The notes: generated by a model from the letters alone, not told the origin. DNA of 64,000 bases from Spirochaetia bacterium (GCA_034520965.1 JAXHMY010000001.1:224001-288000), one strand, 5' to 3'. Shown: positions 19,943-32,200, numbered from the stretch's first letter. Translations and numbers: made by a program.

Positions 19943-21648
19943 TCTTTTTCCGCTCCTTTAAATATCTCTGCTTCCATGTGTTCTTCCACGAGTTCGATAA
20001 TAGTCGGTTTGTTTTGTTCAAAGGCCTGTTGTACCGTGTGGCGAAAAACTTTGCCCAAATTGGAACTGGCAAAGCTGCGGTAATCTGCACCATAGGCTGC
20101 AGAGAGCAGCTCAAAGTTAGGCGGGGTGATATCAACTGCAATCCGCTTTCCAGGATGGCGAAGCTCTTCGGTTTTGCGAATCTCTCCATAGCCTCGGTTG
20201 TTCCAGATGATAATTGGAAGCCCCTGGCGCTGCTCCGCAGCAACCGCCAACTCCTGTAGGGTAAATTGAAAACCCCCGTCACCGGTAAGGACCACTACCG
20301 GAAGCTGCGGACGGCCGGCCTTTATTCCGATCCCGGCCGGCAGGGCATAGCCCAAGGCACCGAAACCAACCGGATGTAGAAACTTACCGGGAGAATCAAC
20401 CATCCACTCACTTATCGCCGCATAGGCGGGGGTAGTCATATCGGTCACACACACTCCCTCTGTGGGCAGTGCGGCCCGCAGTTCCTTCAACATATGCAGG
20501 ACCCGGGATAACTCCCCCTTCGGGATACCGGTAACCGTCGCAAGTTCCATCTGAGAGTGTTTTAAAGCCGCCTGTACTTCCGCAGCCATAGAGGTTCTCT
20601 CGTCCGCCTGCATGTTCAACTGCTCCAAACGAACGTTGATACCCCGGAGTACCCCGGCGGCATCTGCTTGTATTGCCCCCTCTGAATGGGGAAAACGTTG
20701 GAGTATTCCCTCTTCCAAATTGATAAGCAGCAGCTTGGGACCTAGATCGAGTTGAGTTTCCCAAAGATCGGTTGCAGACAACTGAGTGCCCACTGCAATG
20801 ACAAGATCCATTGACTCGAGCAGACGGGCGGTACCGGAGAAATGGAGTCTGGTGCCTAGAGACAGCGGGTTATCCTCGGCTACCACGCCTTTCCCGGCGG
20901 CAGTAGTGACAATAAGCGCGCCTGTAAGCTCCTGCAGTTTTTGCACTTCCGCAGCACTTTTAATTGCTCCACCTCCGCAAATAAGTGCAATGCGGGGGCT
21001 GCGGCTTATTTTCTCTGCCGCAGCATGTATGATTTTTTCAGCTTGCGAGGGCGTATCCTGCACTGAATGGACACTCACGCCCTCAAGCCGGGCTATGTCC
21101 CCGTGAGAACCGCTTTTATCCCCGGTAAGCTGAGACTGCAGCACATCGAGGGGGATTTCCACATGAACAGGTCCGGGACGACCACTGTTCGCCAGCTCAT
21201 ACGCAGCACTGATGGTCGACTCGATCTTCTCTGCCTGTTCGATCCGCCAGGCGGCCTTTGAAATTGAGGCGGTCATACCGGTTGAATTTTCCAGCTCATG
21301 GAGAAAGCGGGAATGTCCGCCGATAAGAGCACTCGGTATTTGGCTGGAAATGACCAGCATTGGGATGCAGTCATGATACGCCTCTGCCATGGGTGTCATA
21401 ATATTGGTAAGACCGGGCCCTGTAATTACCAGGGCAATTCCGGCTTTTCCAGTAACCCTTCCCAGCCCCAACGCCATAAAACCGGCCCCGCTTTCGTTGC
21501 GACTGGTGATATGCCGCAGCTTTGAGTGGATTAAATAATCGTAAATATTCAAATTATGTATACCCGGAATACCGAATATACATGGGGCATCAAGCTTCTC
21601 AAGCGAATGAACTACCTCAGCTGCTCCCGTTATGGCGCTACCCTCCAT
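19939..21648 (-). CDS. thiamine-diphosphate-dependent enzyme (acetolactate synthase-like; resembles AruI-type 2-oxoacid decarboxylases)
   Basis: Motifs FGIPGIHNL, RNESGAGFMA, ITGPGLTN, and the ThDP motif GDGGFQFT...WNN. Confidence 0.85.
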   Translation of the reverse strand: MEGSAITGAAEVVHSLEKLDAPCIFGIPGIHNLNIYDYLIHSKLRHITSRNESGAGFMALGLGRVTGKAGIALVITGPGLTNIMTPMAEAYHDCIPMLVISSQIPSALIGGHSRFLHELENSTGMTASISKAAWRIEQAEKIESTISAAYELANSGRPGPVHVEIPLDVLQSQLTGDKSGSHGDIARLEGVSVHSVQDTPSQAEKIIHAAAEKISRSPRIALICGGGAIKSAAEVQKLQELTGALIVTTAAGKGVVAEDNPLSLGTRLHFSGTARLLESMDLVIAVGTQLSATDLWETQLDLGPKLLLINLEEGILQRFPHSEGAIQADAAGVLRGINVRLEQLNMQADERTSMAAEVQAALKHSQMELATVTGIPKGELSRVLHMLKELRAALPTEGVCVTDMTTPAYAAISEWMVDSPGKFLHPVGFGALGYALPAGIGIKAGRPQLPVVVLTGDGGFQFTLQELAVAAEQRQGLPIIIWNNRGYGEIRKTEELRHPGKRIAVDITPPNFELLSAAYGADYRSFASSNLGKVFRHTVQQAFEQNKPTIIELVEEHMEAEIFKGAEKE

Positions 21649-21901
21649 AGCAATATAAAATTACTGCTCTAATTATTTAAATTTTGCTTTTTCCAATAGA
21701 ATTGAAGTTTTTTTAGTATATATAATATTATATTAGTTAGTCAATTATTTGTTTTATATATTTTGAAATATTTTTCTATTACATATATTATAAGTATTTA
21801 TATTATTATTATACTCTAATACTCGCTTATTTATTTTCTACTATAAACTTTTCTGCTATACTTTTTTACATACTGTACTAAATGTAATTAGTTTTACCAC
21901 A

Positions 21902-21939
21902 ACAAAAAGAGCCTGTAAGCATATTGCCTACAGTCCCTT
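21902..21939 (+). repeat. 38-bp direct repeat, left copy (degenerate terminator-like hairpin)
   Basis: 34 of 38 bases identical to 35785-35822. Confidence 0.8.
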
Positions 21940-21984
21940 CACTGATCAGACCTCTTCTTTTGCTGATTCTTTTTGATTGATACG

Positions 21985-22036
21985 TTGACTGCCCGGTTTA
22001 ATTTCCTTATCATTAAGTTGGTTTACGCAACCTACT
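21985..22036 (+). promoter_or_regulatory. sigma70 promoter and ROK/XylR-type operator of the regulator gene
   Basis: TTGACT-17bp-TATCAT (21985-22013) followed by AGTTGGTT-tacgc-AACCTACT (22016-22036). Confidence 0.7.
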
Positions 22037-22104
22037 CTTCGTTGCCACAGGTGCATCAATCTAATTGATTGTTATTTTAAAGAATTATGGGTAGTTAAAA
22101 GACA

Positions 22105-23244
22105 ATGAACGCTGACAGACAAAAGTATGATAACACAGTACAGAGTCATTATATTATCGGAATCAACGATACCAGGGTCCTTCGGGTATTGTGGACCGAA
22201 AAAACTATGAGCAGAATTGAACTGTCACGCTTTCTGGGCTTGGATAAATCCACCATTTCCAAGATTGTGAATAATCTGCTTAAAACAGGACTCATTAAGC
22301 TGGTGTCTGAGGGCGATTCCAGCCCCAACGGAGGCCGCAAGCCGACGTACCTTTCGATCAATCCGAATTATGGTGCTGTCCTGGGTATTGAAATGCAGCC
22401 GGATTTCTTTATTGCCGTACTAATAGACTTTTCCGGCAAGATTGTATTCCAGACAAAGGAACCTTTGTCACTCGAGGGAACTACCGTACCCGAGGCGGCA
22501 TATAAAATATACCAGAGCGTTGTAAAACAACTCGATGCTGTACATATACCTATAATCGGCGCGACTATCGGAGCCAGTGGATTGATAAACCCCTATGATG
22601 GTATTGTGTATCGATCAAATCCCCTCAGCATCACCGATCCGCAGCATATGTATGACGAACTCGATGATCTTTTTGATTTTCCAGTTCTCATAGACAACGA
22701 TGCCAACTGCGGAGCCTGGGGAGAATTAGCATTCAAAAAGGAAAAAATACAGGATGATGATTTTATTTTTGTGCTGGGAGAAACCCGCAAGAACCGGGTT
22801 ATTGATGCCCAGTACAGGGGTATTGCGATCGGCATGAGTGTGGTGATGGATCATAAGGTTCATTACGGCCAACAGTATTCGGCCGGCGAATTCCAGAGTA
22901 TTTTCCGCACCGGCAAATATCTGAATCAATTTTCCATTACAGACACAGAAGCCGAGATCTACGAGCAGGAGGAGAGACTGTTTGCCCAGGTGGCACATGA
23001 ACTTTCGCAGAATGTTGCCTTGCTGGTAAACATACTCAATCTACAGCAGGTTGTTTTGGGCGGAAGAATGGAGTACCACCCCGAAATACTATCTATTATG
23101 CAGGATGAAATAGCTAAAAACTGGTCGTATGACACCCCGGCTGAGGTTCTGGTACGCTTCAGTACCTTGCAGGAACTCACTATTGCCTATGGTGCGGCAG
23201 GTATGTTCCTGGAGGCGTTTTTCGGGCTACCGGACATCTCCTGA
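22105..23244 (+). CDS. ROK-family transcriptional repressor (XylR/NagC-like)
   Basis: N-terminal HTH (SRIELSRFLGLDKSTISKIV), GGRKP, DNDANCGAWGE, AYGAA. Confidence 0.92.
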   Translation: MNADRQKYDNTVQSHYIIGINDTRVLRVLWTEKTMSRIELSRFLGLDKSTISKIVNNLLKTGLIKLVSEGDSSPNGGRKPTYLSINPNYGAVLGIEMQPDFFIAVLIDFSGKIVFQTKEPLSLEGTTVPEAAYKIYQSVVKQLDAVHIPIIGATIGASGLINPYDGIVYRSNPLSITDPQHMYDELDDLFDFPVLIDNDANCGAWGELAFKKEKIQDDDFIFVLGETRKNRVIDAQYRGIAIGMSVVMDHKVHYGQQYSAGEFQSIFRTGKYLNQFSITDTEAEIYEQEERLFAQVAHELSQNVALLVNILNLQQVVLGGRMEYHPEILSIMQDEIAKNWSYDTPAEVLVRFSTLQELTIAYGAAGMFLEAFFGLPDIS

Positions 23245-23335
23245 CTCAAGCGGCCGGTTAACACCCACAAACTGCGAACAAGGGCCGCACAGGCAACTCC
23301 GTTCGTCTTTGAAAACGTGTAGTTGAAATCAGCTG

Positions 23336-24736
23336 CTATTCTGCGGCTGAGTATACCCGAATATAGTCTACTTCCATCTCCTGCGGGAAGACCGTCGTAT
23401 TATCCGGATACCCCGGCCAGTGCCCGCCGACCGCCACATTCAGAATGAAAAAGAATTTCTGGTTGAATACCCATTCGCCATTGGAGAACCGCTGCACATA
23501 CTCGGATGTAACCTGGTGATAGGGTTCTCCATCTACAAGCCATATAATCAGGTCTTTATCCCAGATAATGCTAAACACATGGAAGTCATCGGCAAAGCTG
23601 GAATCGATTTCGCAGGCACCGCTGATACCGCCCCCGCCTGAATAACCGGGTCCATGGACGGTTCCGTGCACTACAGAAGGATGCTGCCCCAGCATTTCCA
23701 TAATATCAATCTCTCCGCTTTGCGGCCAGCCGACGTCAGAAATGGATTCACCCAGCATCCAGATTGCCGGCCAGATCCCCTGTCCCCGCGGCATCTTGGC
23801 CCGTACGTCAATTCGTCCATACTGCACTGTGAATTTGTCCTGACTTATCATGCGGGCAGATGTGTAGTCGTATTCACCAAATTGATCGCTGCGGGAATCC
23901 TCACGGGCGCGAATCACCAGATGCCCGTCTCGAATGAATGCGTTTTCCAGTTCGGAGGTGTAGTACTGGCGCTCGGCATTACCCCAGCCGGGAATGCCGT
24001 TGGCGTGTCCGTTGCCGATTTCGAAACTCCATATATCGGTGTTAATTTCCTCGCCGTCAAACTCTTCGGCAAAATTGAGAGCCCATTCCCGGGCAAGATA
24101 CGAATCCATGTCGATTTCTTCCTGCCCTAGGGCAAGATCAACCTCGCCGACCGGAACAAGGGATGCCGCCGAGAGCCGTATATCACCAGTCTCACGCCCT
24201 AACTCGAACTCGAAACGGGCGTTAACATCGGTTTCGTGCAGCATGGTAAAAGTGAACGAGTGTGCCTGCGGTTTATCGCTGAGCTGTACCATAGTACCAC
24301 CGGCGTCTCCCCCTTGACCGGGGTTATACGGTGTCCACTCGCGACCAGCGGAGCCGCCGATCTTTACCTCGATTTCGCGCCTGGTATCCGCCCAAGCAAT
24401 AAAGTCCACCCGGTATTTTTGCCCTTGCTGTATTTCAATTGGTGCTTGCAGCACCTGTACCGACCAGGTATTGGGTCCGCCGTGGGTTATATCAATATGC
24501 AGGGCGTCATTTTTCTGCTGGTACTCGGCCTGAGCCCCATCGAACAAAAGCATCATCCAGTTATGGCGGGTATCATAGGCGCCATCATCCCGGGGCGGCG
24601 GCACATCAGCCAAAGCAGCCGAAAACTCGGCATTGCCCAGCAAATTCCGCTCATCTATATTGAGGGTAATTCGGTCACTTGCACAGGATGCTAGAGTAAT
24701 AAATACGATACACGTCAGTATAAAACCTTTCTTCAT
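23336..24736 (-). CDS. lipoprotein endo-beta-1,3-glucanase, CBM4-like domain plus GH16
   Basis: Lipobox-like LASC, CBM4-like WSVQVLQ, GH16 WPAIWMLG and catalytic GEIDIMEMLG. Confidence 0.9.
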   Translation of the reverse strand: MKKGFILTCIVFITLASCASDRITLNIDERNLLGNAEFSAALADVPPPRDDGAYDTRHNWMMLLFDGAQAEYQQKNDALHIDITHGGPNTWSVQVLQAPIEIQQGQKYRVDFIAWADTRREIEVKIGGSAGREWTPYNPGQGGDAGGTMVQLSDKPQAHSFTFTMLHETDVNARFEFELGRETGDIRLSAASLVPVGEVDLALGQEEIDMDSYLAREWALNFAEEFDGEEINTDIWSFEIGNGHANGIPGWGNAERQYYTSELENAFIRDGHLVIRAREDSRSDQFGEYDYTSARMISQDKFTVQYGRIDVRAKMPRGQGIWPAIWMLGESISDVGWPQSGEIDIMEMLGQHPSVVHGTVHGPGYSGGGGISGACEIDSSFADDFHVFSIIWDKDLIIWLVDGEPYHQVTSEYVQRFSNGEWVFNQKFFFILNVAVGGHWPGYPDNTTVFPQEMEVDYIRVYSAAE

Positions 24737-26089
24737 AATTCTACCTTTTCGTTTGTAACCGTAGTAATAGAATGGGCCGGAATAGCAGCATTGACAGTAT
24801 CATTGGTCCATTTTGCCTGCAATGATGCCGATGTATCGGCATCACCGCGATTTAGAATCACACAGACAACTGAACCATCTATGTTTTGAAAAGCAGACAC
24901 TTCCAGTTCGGTCGATGGATCTGACAGTTCACAGAATAGACACATCGCACCGGTATGGATGTAACGACTGAAATGACCGATGTAGGCATAGGATGACTGG
25001 TAATGAACTGTATCGGCATCAAGATCGGCAATGACAGGTGCATCACAGTAGTTGCCGACATGATTCGGCCCCCCCTGTATATCAAGGATCATGTTCCAGT
25101 CGAGCCATAATGTTACACCGGCATTCAGATCTCCGATGATGTTGTGAGCATAGGTCTCGCCACGATCCCATTGACCCAGCTTGACACCGCCTTCGATGCA
25201 GCCTTCCGAGAAAATGATCTCCTTGTCGGGGTAGGTTTCGCTTGGTTTCTCTCACCAGATCAAACTGATCGCCGGAGTACCAGTGAATCGCCTGTCCGGT
25301 TATGTACTGTGCGGTCTCCGGATCGGTCAGCACATCGGCAGCGCGATTAAACATTTCGTCACGATTGTGATCCCAGAAATATATACCAACGTCCTGCATT
25401 CCCTGACTGTCCAACAACGGACCAAGATACTCCCGTATAAACAAGGCCTCATCCGAGGCGGAATATCGGCAGCTGTCCCAGGTCTGGGTGGCTTCAGGTT
25501 CGTTTTGCACAGTCACCCCGAACACTTGAAATCCGTTGTCCCGCAGCTCGGTTATGTAACGAGCGAAATACGCAGCCCAGGCAGAGCGGTATTCCGGCAG
25601 CAATGCACCGCCGTTGTTCATTGATTGATTTGATTTCATCCATGCAGGAGGGCTCCATGGCGACAGCAGCAGGGGTAAATCGGTTCCGGCAGCTTTATAT
25701 GCTGCATGAATGAAGGGCCACAAATACTGTTTTTCCCGTTCACATGAAAACGACCATAGTTTTTTATCGCCGGGAATGTCCACAGCTGCATAATTATCGA
25801 GGGAAAAGTCACAGCTGTTCATATGCGTTCTGCCAAAGGTGTAGCCGATCCCGTGTTTAGCATCAAAATATGCTGTCATAATCTGCTGTTGTCTGTCTTT
25901 GGAAAGCTGTGACCAGACATACGCGGCTGATTCGGTAAAGGCGCCTCCGAAGCCGCGGAAAAGGTCCGGTCTGCGTTTTTCTCCTATTGAAATAACAGTG
26001 TCCGCGGATACCGAGGAAGGAAGTGGTTCTACTGTACGCCAGATCGAAGAGCTGTGTTTTTGGCTGGATTGAATAATTCGGGCTGTCAT
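24733..26089 (-). CDS. GH30 glycoside hydrolase (beta-1,6-glucanase/glucosylceramidase-like), frameshift at about 25236-25238
   Basis: Motifs GFGGAFTES, SPWSPPAWMK, VQNEP. Removing one base from the A run restores YPDKEIIFSEGC...WLDWNMILDIQGGPNH. Confidence 0.88.
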
Positions 26090-26104
26090 TGTCCTCTCCT
26101 TCAT

Positions 26105-26536
26105 TTACGAAATAGCGAAATCAGCCGCAATCTGGCGAAGCTTTTCACGATTTTCGGCGGTCAGACGACATAGCGGCGAATTGTGTTCTCCGGTATCGGT
26201 ATTTTCCACAATCATTACTCGGGCATCAGGCGAAAGGGTATGCGAATGCCATACCCCTCGTTTTACGCTATATACGGCTCCCGGCTGCAGCTGGATTCCA
26301 TGAATATCAGTGATGGTTTCCTTACCTTCACCGATATACAGCACACAGCTTCCCTGCACCAAGAGGAAGACCTCAATGGTTTCGTTATGCTTCTGGAAGT
26401 GCGTAATGTTTTCGGGCAGCAGCTCATAATGATAATTGAGGACTGCAACTCTCCATCCGTTATAATCGACCACTGGTTTGTAACCGATCTCCGAATATGT
26501 GATAACTTCTACCATGTGATCCAGTGCTTTGCTCAT
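26105..26536 (-). CDS. cupin-fold hypothetical protein
   Basis: Cupin-like motifs KHNETIEVFLLVQG and VKRGVWHSH. Tightly coupled within the operon. Confidence 0.75.
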   Translation of the reverse strand: MSKALDHMVEVITYSEIGYKPVVDYNGWRVAVLNYHYELLPENITHFQKHNETIEVFLLVQGSCVLYIGEGKETITDIHGIQLQPGAVYSVKRGVWHSHTLSPDARVMIVENTDTGEHNSPLCRLTAENREKLRQIAADFAIS

Positions 26537-29260
26537 TCTGTGCTTCCCGCATGTACAGGACCGAGTTCAACCACTAAATGACAGGATTTTGGGGGTAGAT
26601 GTGCGGCCTGAATGAGTACACCGCTGCCTTCTCGACTGAACTCAACCTGTGTACCATCAACAGCAACGGATGTGATGCGGCCGGCCACTTCAGACGAAGC
26701 AGCAGACTTTCGGTACTCCACGTGTAGCGGATAGTTACGGAAGTAGGTGTTTACCTCAACTGTTCGATTAGTACCCCATTGCTGCGGTGTGAGTTGCGGT
26801 TCAAGCAGCAGATCGCCGTATTTCCCGCGTACACCAAACATTCGGGTGACAACGGTTAATAGATACCAGCTGGCGGAACCGGTGAGATATGCATACAGTC
26901 CGCGCCCGGCAGGGTCAAAATATTCGGGAATACCGGGATACATCCGTGAGGATGGAAAGTGCGATGCCGCTGAGAATATTGCTTTTAACGCCCGCCAGCC
27001 GGCCTCGGTTTTACCGCGTGCATACAATGCGTTGGCAAACATTACCGACATATGACTGAACATCGCACCGTTCTCTTTATGTCCATAGGCAAAACCGAAA
27101 CAGCGACCCAAATCAAGCTTAACTTCGTTAAAGTCGGTGTTCAGTCGATAGCCCCCGACAGATTCATCCCACAAATTGGTATCGACGGCGGATAGTATCC
27201 CTTTCAGCTGCTGTTCATCAGCGACATTCCCCAAAATCTGGAACACCTGGCCGGTAAGCGTCATGCACGTGGCGGAATCAAAATCTCCCTCTATCCCGGC
27301 GACCGCTGTTATCGTAATAGCCGTTAAACCATCCATAACCCTTGGAGGCATCTGATTCACCATGACCGCGCACATGAGCAATAATAGACTCACTTTTTTG
27401 TTTTAGGTCTGCGGCCAGTTTTTCGTGATTTAGATTGATAAACACACCGCTTGGGCCGTTTTTACAGGCCGAGAAAAACCGCTGCAGCACATCATTCTTT
27501 GCTTTAGGATTACTGTAGTCAATATCCGACGCGGTGTAGTGATCGAGCAGCATCAGTAGTTCTTGAGCCACTACAATCGGCCGCTGTGTTGACTTGGCAA
27601 CTTTCAACACAGCATCAGCCAGCCATTGGAGGTTTGAGGCATACAAACCGGTAAAGGCAACACTCTCTCCCCCCTCGGCAGCCATATCCAACCCATCGTT
27701 CCAGTCCCCACCTTCCAGGCGAATAGAATTGTGAGATCCAACGTGAAAAAATGCCGACAGCTGCTGTAGAAGCAGGTGTTCCAGCACGCTGCCGAATACA
27801 ACCTCTCCATTCTGATTGTACAATGTTGTACTGTCGGAATGGTCCTGTTGGATTTTTTGCTGAGCCCGTGCCCATTGGGGATCGGAAAAATACTCCTGTG
27901 ACTCGAAAAGAAATGATAGATCGCCGGTTTGGTCTATATACAACTGAATAGTCAGCAGCGGCCAGGCGCCATGATCCATCCAGACTCGCGAAATATTATT
28001 TCTGTCGGCAATAAATTCACCGGGCCGAGTTCCGATGATAGTGGCATTGGTTCCATCAAACCGAACACCCGCCAGATTCTGCAGCAGAGTCTCACGAACC
28101 GATTCAGGCTCCATGAGCAATAATGCAAGACAATCCTGCCAAAGATCGCGCCACCCTCGACCGCCTCGTCCATAATCATGATGGGGTAGAAATGAACAGC
28201 CGTAGATGCGCCGCAGAATCGGCTGCAGTGATACCCAGCGCATCCAGGAATCAAAATCAGGGTCGGCAGTTGTACATGCTACTGTATTCAGTTTCCCGTG
28301 CCAAAAGGTACGGTTGTTCTGCAATGCGGTCTCAAATTTTTCTGCCCCGCCATAGGCGTTTAGAGCGGCACTGGCAGTCGACTGGTCGGGGAAAATGCCG
28401 GCTACTATATAGATCTCATGTGTGCCGCCGGGCGGAATCTCTGCCGGTGCAAATTGAAGCGCTCCAACCGCTTCACTCCCGTGAACCACAGCTCCTGATT
28501 GCAATAGATTTTTTCCGGCATATTCATCATCATAGATTACCCGGGGACGCTCGGCATCTCCGCCCTCACCGATAAATACATCGAGATCAGGATAGCAGCC
28601 GACAGGAGTGCTTGGCCGGCTGTCGGCACCTAACACCGCATATACGGTGGTGTTACGGACATGTCCCCGCTCATCAAAACTCATTGTCGGAGTCAGATAC
28701 ACCCCGTTAGTGCCTACCTCAGTTACATTCAGCAATGATGTTACATGACGATGATCGCGCAAGGAATCAGCGGATCGCCCGTACATGGGTATAACCACTG
28801 TAGGAACAACGCGAACCGGCTGTTCACCGGCGTTGCGCACAAGCAGGCGGGTTACCTCGGCATGTACGTCATCTATCGGGACAAAGGTTGTCATTTCTGC
28901 CGACAGTTGTGCCTCGGCGTTCTCTCGCAGGATAGTGTGCCACAAAGGCCCGGCCTTCACACCTTGAGTCTCCGCGTTGTGCGTCTTTTGCTCATGCGAT
29001 CCTCCGGTTACAGACCACACCTGCCCATTTTCAATCTTCAGCCAGGCGGTTCGGGTCAATCTGGTATTGTGCAGATCTACCACCGAGACCGGGGGCATTA
29101 AAAAATGATTCTGATCGATCTTGGCATCGCCCCCGCCTCGCGGGGTAATGGAGGCCATGTACCCTGCCTCATTGGCAAGCGGAAAATACAAGCCGCTTGT
29201 ACTGCCGGCATCTTTCAGATAAAAATCTCCCCGTTTATTCAGGTATTCACACATAGACAT
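26533..29260 (-). CDS. GH94 glycoside phosphorylase, laminaribiose phosphorylase-like (frameshift at about 27295-27297)
   Basis: Motifs LYFPLANEAG, RDHRHVTSLL, HDYGRGGRGWRDLWQD, DWNDGLD, ENGAMFSHM. Removing one base from a homopolymer joins GYYDNSGRR to IEGDF...MTLTGQVF. Confidence 0.85.
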
Positions 29261-29279
29261 AAAATTAATCTTCCTTACT

Positions 29280-32200
29280 TTAATTCGACATGATGACATA
29301 AAGGCTTTCAATTTGCCCGTCGCGAACCATCTCTGCATAGGGCGAAGGAATCCTTCCACCGGTAAATTCTACAGCCTCGGCCGCCCCACGTGTGCGAACT
29401 GTGATATGCCTCAGCTGAACATCACCGCCCGGCACGACATCCTTGTCGGTTTTATTAACGTACGTGACCCTTGTTCCGTGAAAGAAGGTACAGGCAACTT
29501 TACCGGATTCGTTAAACAAACTGTGCGGCAAACAGGGGGACAGAACCAACTCAAGTTTGCCGTCAACCAACTGAAACGGTGTTTTGCCGAAGAACAAAAT
29601 TATCCACATGCTGATAAACTCGGCAGTTGAGCCGGATAAACGAGCAACAAAACCACGTCCATGGAGGGATTCATCGGGGTGGGCGCTGGAAACAATAAAG
29701 CTGGAATTTTCAAATATACTGCGCCCGTATACAGTCGGATCCATAAACGGAACCAGCATGGTATCGGCGAGCTGCCAGAATTCCTGGTATTTCCCGGATC
29801 GCAACAGTGCAAGCAAATACTTATACTCCATATGCAACCAGATAGATCCGTTTTCAAGCCATCCGGGCGTAAAGGCGCGGGCGCGGCCGATCTCGTGCGA
29901 CTCATCGGATAAAGATTCGTTAACCCGCAGCATGCCCAGTTTTTTATCATACAGCTCACTCTGCATGACCGTGGCGTGGATATTATCCCGTTCGTCGGAA
30001 TCAAGTTCATTCGAAAGAGCCCGTACAAAGCCTTCAAGAAAGAGAGGCAGGGGACGGAGGCTGAATTGAATTTCTCCGGTCCAGCTGCCGGTTTTGATAT
30101 AGGACTCGACGGCGGAAGCATCTGTCGGCTGAATAATCAGGTAGGTAGGATATACGCCATCGTTTTTATTCTTGCCGCGAAGCAGACCGTCTTTCACATC
30201 AGCTTCCATAGCATGCAGCAGCTTCAAAAGTTCAGCTCGTTCCAGAGTTTTCTGTTCACCGCTGAAACCGCAGCGTGTGGTTTCACGGTACTCTTCACGA
30301 TAGGTGGCCATGATATTCCATCGGTTGTGCAACTGAAGGTCAGAATCTACCGGATCACTCAGCACCATCTCAATGGCCCTGTACAGCTCGTATATCTCTA
30401 CCGCTATCGGATACCTGTTCACACCACCGGAAACAACCCCCAGCTCAATATTTCGAATCAGTCGTAGCAACTCCCATGCTTCCGGCAATGAAGAGCCCAG
30501 CAGTCCGGGCAAACCGTTTAATGCATCATACCAACCGGGCTTATCGGCTTCCATTTCCACGCCGATACCGTATGGATCGCGGGTGAGAAATTTGATCGCC
30601 GCAAGACCAAGCATTTTTTCCCCCAATGATGCAAAATAGGTAGTGCCATTGGGGGTGCTCATCCAAAAGTCATGTGAATCGACCTCTGCTTTTGGCTTCT
30701 GAACTGCATTATATTGCTGTATACCCTTGTCAGTAACCACCCATTTTTTTCTTCTGGGCTGAACAAAGTGTTCACTGCGATAGTAGGGGTAGATTCTCTG
30801 ATTCCAGAAAATTTCGAAGGTCCTTTCTGGAAATACAGCCATACAGTTCTCAAGCAGGTCATTGTTGTAAATCCAATGGTCAATCCAGAACCCTTCACCA
30901 TGAACCGCATGCACAATAGTCTCGGAAACACCAAGCACGGATCGGAAGAGATCCTGAACCTCCTCGCTTGTCACACACTCGTTTTCTATGGAGTGATACA
31001 GTTCACCGGGAGAGAAGTTTCCCCGATGTATCAGCGACATTGTTTTCGGCAAATCCTGCACCATCGACGACACTTTTACGTCGGCGGGAACCTGGTAGCC
31101 CCGCCCCTGCACTATAAGAGGGTTGTAGCCGTCGGTTTGAATAAGACTCATAAATTCCCAGAGATTCTCCAATCCGGCTTGGGGCACGAAGAAGACGTCC
31201 GAGCGACGATTCTGGTTCACATCGCGATAATTCCCCCAGCCCTGCGAGTAATATTCGGCAGGAATTACAAACCAGTTGTAGTCGCGCTCTAAATCTCCAT
31301 GCTTACGGGAATATACCGGTATATATACATCCCCTCCGAGAGTTTGTTCTATATGGGGGAATCCCCCTCGCAGCACATTGTCCAGAAAATTTTGCCGTGT
31401 ATAGGCGTCAAATTTTTGATTAGCAGTTTGTGTTTCACACACCCCGGTGATCCGTTCCAAAAGTGCCCGGTTTTGTTCATAGTAGGATTCGATGACGGCC
31501 GGACTTGAAAGTGTTTCCATAAATTCTTCCACAAGTCCTTGGGATGAAGCGGCTCCATAGAATTCCACCAAGGTACTGCTTTTGTTCGGCAGCAGCGTGA
31601 TCGCATCGGCAAAAAAAGCACAGGGAAGCTTGCCGTTTTCAATCTGTGTGCGATTAACCAACTCATCAATCGTCGTGTCACAAAAATGCACAGGTACATT
31701 CATAGCCTGCTGAGGTATGAATAGCAGGTCAGCATCATGCAGAACCTCTACCGGAACAAGCGATTTATTCTCGCGACGGTAGCCCAGCGCAAAGTTCAAA
31801 CGGGTTATTTCCTGCACATTGGCGCTGTCGGACATCGTAGCGGCAAGCTGGTACACAGCGGCATTGCTGCGTGTTCGACGGGCGGTCATCCAGGCCTGAG
31901 CTGTGGTTAGATTGTTTTTGAGTGCACCGTAATCAATTCCAGCGGGAATAAGCACTGAAAGCCCGTCGACTATCTCAAACGACAGCTTTCTGCCGGAAAT
32001 GTTGGTAATCCTGATCTCGCGGACAAGCGCTCCAACCCTGGCATTCGGCACGGTTCGGTACACCACATCAACCCGCACTCCGATCTCTTCATTGGTTTCC
32101 GACAACGCTATCTGATCGCTATCAACCGTTATACTGCTGCAGGAACCGGCAACCTGTTTGGCAAAGGGCTCATACACAACAGGTGCAGCCCGCGCGGACC

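Noticed and set aside
18830..21648. Calling these genes hisC and ilvB
   Set aside because: There are no other his/ilv genes or ilvN in the operon, and the context is catabolic, so symbols are withheld.
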